From Cyanobacteria bacterium P01_D01_bin.156 (lineage in GTDB: Bacteria > Cyanobacteriota > Cyanobacteriia > Phormidesmidales > Phormidesmidaceae): a DNA stretch of 19,008 nucleotides. Positions 9,268-15,939 of the stretch are shown piece after piece. Where the stretch lies: the NCBI GenBank assembly GCA_039024555.1, contig JBCCQQ010000092.1, forward strand, positions 1-19,008. Direction: 5' to 3'. Below the pieces are notes generated by a model. It did not search any database. It saw only the letters and a program-made list of their open reading frames with translations, and had not been told where the DNA came from. Both the position numbers and the translations under genes were made by a program. How positions within the stretch are numbered: the stretch's first letter is position 1; the number at the start of each line of letters is the position of its first letter.

Positions 9268-10158
9268 TTATAGTTCTTCAGAGCTAGGAGTTCTGGGGTA
9301 AGGTAGCTGGTGACGCATGCAGGCTTTTTTAATCCGTAGAATTAGGTCTGTTTTATAGGCAAATTCTTCCCGTGCGTCCATGGGATAGGCCTTGAGCTTG
9401 AGGTGGGTGGCCCAGGTTTCTTCAGAAACAACCACCACCACCGGTAGCTTTAGCTGGGTATAACGACTGCTGTAGGCTGCCTGATAAAGCATATCCACCG
9501 CCAATTCAGTGTTGGCCTCATGGGCAAAGTAAAATTCTGTTACCACCTGCGCTTCTAGCTGTCCGCTGTTGGCATTGGAAATAGGGCTAGTCCAGGTAGT
9601 GCTGTGGGGAATGGTTACCGCATTATCATCCGGCGTTTGTAGCAACAGCCCCCGTAGACCATAGTCAATCACTTCGCCATAGTGTTCACCGATTTGTATG
9701 CGGTCTCCCATGCGAAAAGGACCTTCAAATAGGTTAACAACGCCGGCAATAATAGAACTCGCGTAGTCTTTAAAGGCAAACCCTAATGCAACAGCGATAG
9801 TCCCCGTCAAGGTAAGCAATCTGGTCGAGTCTTCTAGGTTGAGAAAAAGGGTCAGCAAATAGCCAATGGTGGAAATCAGCACCAATCCTTTAAGAAACGG
9901 CACTGATTGTTTGATAATCAGGCGAAAGCGACGTGGTACCTGTTCTGAAAGGGCATTTGCTGTAAAGCGAATGAGAAATAGGAGACCATAGGCGGAGAGA
10001 ATGGTCAAACATGCCTGCAGAACTAGTGAAAGGGTAAGGGGCTTAAATAAAGCATCGATGGCGTTGGCGGCAGCATCTGTTGTTTGACCCCTGGCAACAG
10101 TAGGCAAAATCAATGTGGTGACAGCTGTTGCGATCGCAATTTTCGCCCCCTTAACCAT
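9268..10158 (-). CDS. Small-conductance mechanosensitive channel (MscS family)
   Basis: 296 aa. Hydrophobic TM helices, TM3 motif GTIAVALGFAFKDYASSIIAG, and beta-domain PFRMGDRIQIGEHYGEVIDYGLR...TPDDNAVTIPHS. Confidence 0.92.
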   Translation of the reverse strand: MVKGAKIAIATAVTTLILPTVARGQTTDAAANAIDALFKPLTLSLVLQACLTILSAYGLLFLIRFTANALSEQVPRRFRLIIKQSVPFLKGLVLISTIGYLLTLFLNLEDSTRLLTLTGTIAVALGFAFKDYASSIIAGVVNLFEGPFRMGDRIQIGEHYGEVIDYGLRGLLLQTPDDNAVTIPHSTTWTSPISNANSGQLEAQVVTEFYFAHEANTELAVDMLYQAAYSSRYTQLKLPVVVVVSEETWATHLKLKAYPMDAREEFAYKTDLILRIKKACMRHQLPYPRTPSSEEL

Positions 10159-10160
10159 GG

Positions 10161-11342
10161 CTACGCCTCCCCAATCAAAAAGTTGTTGTTGCCCAGCTCT
10201 TTATATAACTTGGGGTAGTAGGCAGGATGCACGCTAAAGCGCCGTCCCCGCTGGCGAACAATGCCTTCTCTTCGTAGCACCTGTAGCCGCGATCGGATAT
10301 TCCGTTCGGCTTCCCCTAGGCTCACCGCTAGATGCGATCGCGTCATTTCCCGATGAATTAACAACGAATGAAGTAGATAACGATCCATGGCCTCCAATGA
10401 GATTAGGCCAGGCAGGGTGGGTTTTCCTGGCAACAACTCAATTAGCTGGGTGTCGTCTACAATTGCACCACCTTCTGTTAACGTCTCTGCGCGAATTTGC
10501 AACGACTTTAACCACACCTGTATGGCCGTACTGGCAATGCCGTCTGTCACATTTGCCAAGCTGTTCCAATAGCTATCCTCTGCCATAGCAATGTGGGTCA
10601 TGGGAGCATCGGCCTGAGTGTCCAGTTCAGTATCGAGCAGGGGTGCTAGCCATCTTTGCAGGTCGGCACCCGAGAGTTTTGGTAAAGACACCACTTGTTC
10701 CAAGTAAGCACTTACCTGACATACCTTATCTAAAAATGTCCAGGCCCAGTGATTACAGCCAAAGACCCAAAACCGGGACGTATCTTGAGTGCTGAGGGTT
10801 TGTAAATATTCAATCCCCTCCCATCCTTGGATACAGCGCAGAAAACACTGCTCTAGGCTAGAAACCACCATAATGGTGGGTACTTGGCTATCCAAATCTG
10901 TTTGAGTAACCGGTGCAGCAATATCTTTACTGGGAGCAGTATCTTCAGACTCCAACTGCTGCTGAAGATGCTGAGGTACCGTTAACGGATCGGCAGGGCG
11001 CTGATATCCTCCCAGAAAAAATTGCACCTCACAGTCGGGAAAATCTTCCTGCAGACTTGCTTTAAGAATAGGAGCAATTTCTTCCACCGGTCGCCCCAAT
11101 ACGACCAGGCTATTATTTTCAAAATCTGGGTTTGTCTGCCAGTCCTGTAATGTTTGACTCAGGGCAGACTGGATCGCCTTCTGATAGGGGTCGGGGGTGG
11201 GAAGTTTAACAATCTTTTCTCGCAAACTACCAAGTACCCCCGGTGGGGCATCCACCAAAGGGTCTGTGGGTTCTGACCGACTAGGGGATGAAAACCACAC
11301 AGGAAATTTTGGAAAAATAGAGGAAAAGCCTTTCCTCGTCAT
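10161..11342 (-). CDS. Uncharacterised protein: degenerate P-loop/AAA-like domain plus C-terminal winged helix-turn-helix; probably co-transcribed with the MscS gene
   Basis: 393 aa. SLVVLGRPVEEIA at a Walker A-like position and IMVVSSLEQCFLR at a Walker B-like position. C-terminal LLHSLLIHREMTRSHLAVSLGEAERNIRSRLQVLRREGIV is wHTH-like. Only 2 nt separate its stop from the MscS ATG. Confidence 0.65.
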   Translation of the reverse strand: MTRKGFSSIFPKFPVWFSSPSRSEPTDPLVDAPPGVLGSLREKIVKLPTPDPYQKAIQSALSQTLQDWQTNPDFENNSLVVLGRPVEEIAPILKASLQEDFPDCEVQFFLGGYQRPADPLTVPQHLQQQLESEDTAPSKDIAAPVTQTDLDSQVPTIMVVSSLEQCFLRCIQGWEGIEYLQTLSTQDTSRFWVFGCNHWAWTFLDKVCQVSAYLEQVVSLPKLSGADLQRWLAPLLDTELDTQADAPMTHIAMAEDSYWNSLANVTDGIASTAIQVWLKSLQIRAETLTEGGAIVDDTQLIELLPGKPTLPGLISLEAMDRYLLHSLLIHREMTRSHLAVSLGEAERNIRSRLQVLRREGIVRQRGRRFSVHPAYYPKLYKELGNNNFLIGEA

Positions 11343-11416
11343 GGTAGTTGCACCAGAAACTACCGGTAATACTAGCGGTTCTTGGGCATGGAGCCAATCA
11401 TTTCATTGGGATTTGT

Positions 11417-11507
11417 GCCGTTGCTGATTTATAAGATGGAGCGATCTGACAACGCTCGACTGTATTGAACTCTTTCAGAAAAAATCATCCTGAGGATCAG
11501 CAACGCC
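11417..11507. mobile_element. 91-bp MITE with imperfect TIRs and an 8-bp target-site duplication
   Basis: Left end GCCGTTGCTGATTTATAAGATG; right end reverse-complemented GGCGTTGCTGATCCTCAGGATG. Flanks GGATTTGT (11409-11416) and AGATTTGT (11508-11515) match at 7 of 8 positions. Confidence 0.7.
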
Positions 11508-11603
11508 AGATTTGTAAATACTCAGATCGCTGTCAGTATGCGCTAAATACGGAAGTAAATTGTTGCGGCAACAGCTCTCGTAAGAATTTTATGAGATTTC
11601 TGA

Positions 11604-11652
11604 TTTTTCAGGCTGCTGTTATTGTTCATCCCATCAGCAACAGCCTGAAAAA
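11604..11652 (-). terminator. Hairpin/intrinsic terminator-like element downstream of the DUF4342 gene
   Basis: Perfect 12-bp arms TTTTTCAGGCTG and CAGCCTGAAAAA with an imperfect inner stem, about 10 nt after the stop at 11663. There is no clear U-tract 3' of the stem, so it may instead be a stabilising hairpin. Confidence 0.5.
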
Positions 11653-11662
11653 GAGATCGGAG

Positions 11663-11974
11663 CTAAGCGCGTCGTTCAACCACCAAGGTAAAACGTGCCG
11701 CCAGCATACCTAAGGATGCGATCGCAACCAGGGGTGCAAAAAATGCAATACCCACAGCACCCCCCACTAAGCCTGCACTCAGCGGAACTTCGAACATTAC
11801 TCGCCCTTCCGCATTTTTAATCAAAATTCGTCGAACATTACTCTCATTGATAAGCTCTTGTACCTTACTCATCAAATTATCGCTATTTACCGAGAATTCT
11901 TCCGTACTAGTGCTGGTTGTGGAGTCAGAATCAGACGTTGTCGAGTCGGGAGAGTTTGGGTCAGAGTAGCTCAT
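11663..11974 (-). CDS. DUF4342 domain protein
   Basis: EEFSVNSDNLMSKVQELINESNVRRILIKNAEGRVMFEVPLSAG followed by a Gly/Ala-rich hydrophobic segment and ...FTLVVERR, the DUF4342 pattern. Confidence 0.88.
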   Translation of the reverse strand: MSYSDPNSPDSTTSDSDSTTSTSTEEFSVNSDNLMSKVQELINESNVRRILIKNAEGRVMFEVPLSAGLVGGAVGIAFFAPLVAIASLGMLAARFTLVVERRA

Positions 11975-11998
11975 GCGGGTTACCTAAGGTGTATAGAC

Positions 11999-12047
11999 AA
12001 AAAAGAACCTGCCCCTTTGATAACGGCTAGAACAAGGAACAGGTTCT
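11999..12047 (-). terminator. Rho-independent terminator of the thioredoxin gene
   Basis: Minus strand AGAACCTGTTCCTT-loop-AAGGGGCAGGTTCT followed by a T-run, about 40 nt after the trx stop. Confidence 0.7.
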
Positions 12048-12089
12048 AATTCTAAGGATTCTTTTCAGTTTGCTGTAGTGACAGGAACC

Positions 12090-12425
12090 CTAATCCAAAT
12101 ATTTCTCAAGAGTGGTTGACAAGGTGCTGGAAGGTACAGCGCCTACGATAGTATCGGCCACCTTACCGTCCTTAAAGACTAGCAGGGTGGGAATGCTGCG
12201 CACACCATATTCACTGGCGCTACCGGGGTTCTCATCCACATTGAGTTTTAGAACCTTAACTCGGCCTTCGTACTTAGTGGCGACCTCATCAACCACGGGT
12301 GCCACCATCCGACAGGGACCACACCAGGGCGCCCAAAAATCCACTAACACTGGGACATCGCTACCTAAAACATCCGTCTGAAACGCATCGTCTGAAACGG
12401 TTCGAACTAATGTACTTTCACTCAT
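12090..12425 (-). CDS. trxA: Thioredoxin (m-type/TrxA-like)
   Basis: [18 protein letters not shown] active site and YGVRSIPTL. The start is reassigned to the ATG at 12425 (MSESTLV), preceded by AAGGAG (plus strand CTCCTT 12435-12440), giving 111 aa rather than the 149-aa ORF. Confidence 0.95.
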   Translation of the reverse strand: MSESTLVRTVSDDAFQTDVLGSDVPVLVDFWAPWCGPCRMVAPVVDEVATKYEGRVKVLKLNVDENPGSASEYGVRSIPTLLVFKDGKVADTIVGAVPSSTLSTTLEKYLD

Positions 12426-12599
12426 TGATAAAATCTCCTTAAAAACTGACGGACCCGTAATGTAACGTCTGTCAGGTTGGTCATATCCCTCAAAGCGTGG
12501 AATATATCGACTAACCTGATGTGTAATGAACGTATTCATTACCTGCTACACAGTAGCAGCCACCCTACCAAGGACCGGCTCTACTAGATGTCTGCAATT

Positions 12600-12622
12600 A
12601 TAGTTCCATAAAATCGAACTAT
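12600..12622. promoter_or_regulatory. Putative operator palindrome for the ArsR/RexT-like repressor
   Basis: ATAGTTC-CATAAAATC-GAACTAT inverted repeat in the divergent trxA/arsR intergenic region. Confidence 0.6.
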
Positions 12623-12698
12623 TGGGTACGGTTATCTCATCGAGGGAGCCTCACCTGTAGCATTCAGTAGAGTCTATGGAGCATGTCATAATGGCCCC

Positions 12699-13025
12699 AT
12701 GCGCTCTATTCCTCATCCAGATATTAGTCAAATAACTCTGACAGAGGTGCTCTACGCCCTAGGAGATCCGGTAAGACTAAAAATTGTCAAGACCATTGCC
12801 TCTAAGGGTGAACAAGCCTGTCGTAGCTGTGGTGGAGATGAGATTGCTAAGTCCACTCTGTCCCACCACTTTAAGATCCTACGAGAATCTGGGATCATCT
12901 ATACCCAAAAGGTTGGGACCCAGCATTTGAATTCGCTACGTACTGATGAGTTGGAAGGAAAATTTCCAGGGGTCTTATCATCAGTATTAGCGGCTGCAGA
13001 TGAAGAGATCTGTGGTGATAGTTGA
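12699..13025 (+). CDS. rexT: ArsR/SmtB-family redox-sensing transcriptional repressor, RexT-like
   Basis: ALGDPVRLKIV and KSTLSHHFKILRESGII wHTH. Cysteines at 41, 44 and 105. Divergent from a thioredoxin gene, as rexT/trxA2 are in Anabaena PCC 7120. Confidence 0.8.
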   Translation: MRSIPHPDISQITLTEVLYALGDPVRLKIVKTIASKGEQACRSCGGDEIAKSTLSHHFKILRESGIIYTQKVGTQHLNSLRTDELEGKFPGVLSSVLAAADEEICGDS

Positions 13026-13041
13026 TGACTCCACACCCTAA

Positions 13042-14328
13042 TTACTCCACCACAATGGCTCGAAAATCATTAACGTTAGTTAGGGTGGGACCAGTCACAA
13101 CCAAAGCACCAATGGACTCGAAAAAACTATAGCTGTCGTGAGTCTTGAGGTACTTTTTGGGACTGTGACCCTGTTGCCATAATTCTGGTGTCATGATTGC
13201 GCCTGCGTTGTTTTCGCTGCCATCAATGCCGTCGGTATCACAGGCAATGGCACTGATGCCGGGTTCACCGTCTAAATAGCTAGCTAGCGCTAACAAAAAT
13301 TCGCTGTTGCGACCGCCTTTACCAAAGAACTTTTGCTGGACTGTCACGGTGGTTTCACCACCAGAAAGCAGGACACAGGGAGGAACAACGGGCTGATGGT
13401 GGCGTTTGACCTGGCGGGCAATAGCGCCATGGACCAGGGCCACATCACGGGCTTCTCCTTCAATGGCATCGCTGAGGATTAGGGGCGTATAGCCATGGGC
13501 GATCGCAACCTGGGCAGCCGCTTCTAAAGACTGTTGTGGCGTGGCAATCAGATGATTCACTGTGGTGGTCAATAAATTATCTCCAGGGGGAATCACTGGG
13601 TTAGGGTTGCGTTCCAGGTAATCACGGACTTGAGACGGCACAGTAATATGGAACCGCTCAATAATTTCCAAAGCATCGTCTGCGGTGGCCGTATCTCCCA
13701 CCGTCGGCCCAGAAGCAATGGCCTGCAGACTGTCCCCTGCCACATCAGAAATAATCAGCGAGACTATTTGGGCAGGATAGGCTGCCGCCGCTAGCCTACC
13801 TCCAGAGGAGCGGGATAAGGCTTTGCGCACCGTATTCATGGACGTGATATCTGCCCCAGAGGCTAGCAGCTGGCGATTAATGTCCGCCAGCATGGTTAGG
13901 CTAATCCCCTCGGGGGGCAGGGTGAACAGCGCTGAGCCTCCGCCCGAAATAAGGCAGATGACGAGATCCTCCGCAGAGAGGGGGGCCACCTTTTCTAAAA
14001 TGCGCTGGGCTCCTTGCATACCGTTGGCATCAGGAACCGGGTGCCCCGCTTCAATTACCTCAATGGCCTGGGTGGGAACGCTGTGGCCGTAGCGAGTAAT
14101 CACTAGCCCATCCATCGGCTCTGTATAGCCCGCTTTGGCCCAGCTATCTTCCACAGCCTGCGCCATCGCTGCTGCAGATTTACCAATACCGACCACCACC
14201 ACACGCCCCGTAGGTTTAGTTTTGAAATAGGGCTCCAAGGCACGGGCCACCTGCTTTTGAGGCATGGCAGCCGCAACGGCCGCATCAAATAATTGATTAA
14301 GTAAATCCGTGGATGGTAAGGACGGCAT
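13042..14328 (-). CDS. Class II (MOFRL/DUF4147, TtuD-like) glycerate kinase
   Basis: VVGIGKSAAAMA, EAGHPVPD, LISGGGSAL, IISDVAGD..IASGPT, SGGETTV, GKGGRN, DTDGIDG, TGPTLTNVND. The start is uncertain; I chose the ATG at 14328 (MPSLPSTD), while the ORF extends to 14421. Confidence 0.9.
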   Translation of the reverse strand: MPSLPSTDLLNQLFDAAVAAAMPQKQVARALEPYFKTKPTGRVVVVGIGKSAAAMAQAVEDSWAKAGYTEPMDGLVITRYGHSVPTQAIEVIEAGHPVPDANGMQGAQRILEKVAPLSAEDLVICLISGGGSALFTLPPEGISLTMLADINRQLLASGADITSMNTVRKALSRSSGGRLAAAAYPAQIVSLIISDVAGDSLQAIASGPTVGDTATADDALEIIERFHITVPSQVRDYLERNPNPVIPPGDNLLTTTVNHLIATPQQSLEAAAQVAIAHGYTPLILSDAIEGEARDVALVHGAIARQVKRHHQPVVPPCVLLSGGETTVTVQQKFFGKGGRNSEFLLALASYLDGEPGISAIACDTDGIDGSENNAGAIMTPELWQQGHSPKKYLKTHDSYSFFESIGALVVTGPTLTNVNDFRAIVVE

Positions 14329-14508
14329 AGGGGTGGAAACAGCTAATGATGGGGGTAGATAAGCCGTCATCATAGACGACCAGTTAGTGACCAAACGGTC
14401 ATAGGTGACATCGATAGACAAGCCGTACCAAAATGTTCCGAAGTTACAACCCGATCCTCCATGGTTAATAATGGCTAAAGGTATGTACTCAGAGGGACAA
14501 CCAGAGAG

Positions 14509-15753
14509 GTGTTTGACGTTTTAATCATTGGGGCAGGACCGGCAGCGCTAATTATGGCGGCGGCCTTAGCAAAGCATGGTCTATCGCTACAGGGTTTGGC
14601 CCCCACAGCTCCAGATACCCCTTGGAAAAATACCTACGGCGTATGGTGCAATGAGTTAGAAGCGCTAGGCTTGACTGATTTACTGGGCCATCGTTGGCAA
14701 AACACGGTTAGCTACTTTGGCCATGCCGCCAATACCAGTCCCACTCGCCACCATCGTGACTACGGTTTGTTTGATAAACAAAAGCTACAGCAGCATCTGC
14801 TAGCACAGCTTCAGGATATGACATGGCACCCTGGAAAGGCGGTCTCCGTAAACCACACGTACCAGGACAGCCGTGTCACGACGGACAACGGCGACCAGCT
14901 AACCGCCAAACTAGTAATTGATACGACCGGCCATCAAGCGGCCCTAATAAAACGTTCGGAGTCAGCGCATCTGCCGGTTTCCTACCAGGTGGCCTATGGC
15001 ATCGTGGGCAAGTTTTCTAAACCGCCTGTGGCACCAGGGCAGTTCTCTTTAATGGACTATCGCGCAGAGCATCTTTCCCCAGGACAGCTAGCCGAGCCCC
15101 CCACATTTCTCTACGCCATGGATTTGGGGAAGGATGTGTACTTTGTGGAAGAAACCTCCCTGGCCCTTGCTCCTGCCATGGCCTACGACACCTTAAAGCA
15201 GCGACTGCAGCAGCGACTGAGCGCAGATGGGGTGGAGGTGCAGGAGGTGCACGAGACTGAATATTGTTTGTTTCCGATGAATCAACCTCTGCCCGACCTA
15301 AATCAGCGGGTGTTGGGGTTTGGTGGTGCGGCCAGTATGGTACATCCGGCTACGGGCTATATGGTGGGGGCAATGCTGCGGCGGGCTCCGGCGGTGGGGG
15401 ATGCGATCGCCCAGTCTATAGCTAAGGGGGAAGTGGGAAGTGCGATCGCCCAGGCGGGCTGGCATACCCTATGGAGCACCGAACGCTTGCGCAAACACCA
15501 CATCTATCGATTTGGCCTTGAAACCATCATGCGGTTTAACCACGCAGACCTCTGTCAGTTCTTTGACAGCTTTTTCAAGTTGCCCCAGGCCAAATGGTCT
15601 GGATTCTTAGCCGATACCCTATCTCCATTTGAACTAGTCATGGCCATGGTGACCATGTTTGGCCAGACGACCAACCCCGTACGCGGTGGGCTGATGGGGG
15701 GGGTGGGTACCGACGGTCAGCTCCTGCTGAAATCCCTTATCGGCTCCGTTTAA
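14509..15753 (+). CDS. crtL: CrtL-type lycopene cyclase
   Basis: FAD-binding DVLIIGAGPAA, WKNTYGVW, QVAYGIVG, LMDYR, PPTFLYAM...FVEETSL and FGGAASMVHPATGY motifs of plant/CrtL-type lycopene cyclases. Confidence 0.9.
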   Translation: MFDVLIIGAGPAALIMAAALAKHGLSLQGLAPTAPDTPWKNTYGVWCNELEALGLTDLLGHRWQNTVSYFGHAANTSPTRHHRDYGLFDKQKLQQHLLAQLQDMTWHPGKAVSVNHTYQDSRVTTDNGDQLTAKLVIDTTGHQAALIKRSESAHLPVSYQVAYGIVGKFSKPPVAPGQFSLMDYRAEHLSPGQLAEPPTFLYAMDLGKDVYFVEETSLALAPAMAYDTLKQRLQQRLSADGVEVQEVHETEYCLFPMNQPLPDLNQRVLGFGGAASMVHPATGYMVGAMLRRAPAVGDAIAQSIAKGEVGSAIAQAGWHTLWSTERLRKHHIYRFGLETIMRFNHADLCQFFDSFFKLPQAKWSGFLADTLSPFELVMAMVTMFGQTTNPVRGGLMGGVGTDGQLLLKSLIGSV

Positions 15754-15801
15754 GGCATTTTCTTAAAAAGGCCGTGTAGAACCACGGTCGCAATATAAAC
15801 A

Positions 15802-15847
15802 AACCGTGAACCAAACCTAACCGCTATGAACCAATGTCATAGGTTCA
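15802..15847. promoter_or_regulatory. Repeat-rich putative regulator binding region upstream of the transketolase-like gene
   Basis: CTATGA-N7-TCATAG (15824-15842), TGAACC-N9-GGTTCA (15827-15847), and direct repeat TGAACCAA at 15807 and 15827. Confidence 0.35.
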
Positions 15848-15939
15848 GTATTCTCTAACACAAAACTGCTGTAATTCCGCGCATCCGGTTCCATGGAATG
15901 CGAGAATACCCCTTGACGAAGCCACAAGGGAGATATGAC

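Larger units (their letters stand above)
8667..15449. repeat. Dispersed HIP1 octamers (GCGATCGC)
   Basis: Copies at 8667, 10130, 10334, 11718, 13499, 15403 and 15442; a cyanobacterial genome hallmark. Confidence 0.9.

Noticed and set aside
11419..11531. Interleaved 10-bp inverted repeats suggesting a pseudoknot ncRNA (CGTTGCTGAT/ATCAGCAACG and AGCGATCTGA/TCAGATCGCT)
   Set aside because: The first pair is explained by MITE TIRs with a TSD. The second pair has a HIP1-like GCGATC core that is over-represented in cyanobacteria, and it straddles the MITE boundary.
12426..12539. 38-aa N-terminal extension of thioredoxin in the ORF track
   Set aside because: A strong RBS precedes the ATG at 12425, which gives a normal-sized thioredoxin.
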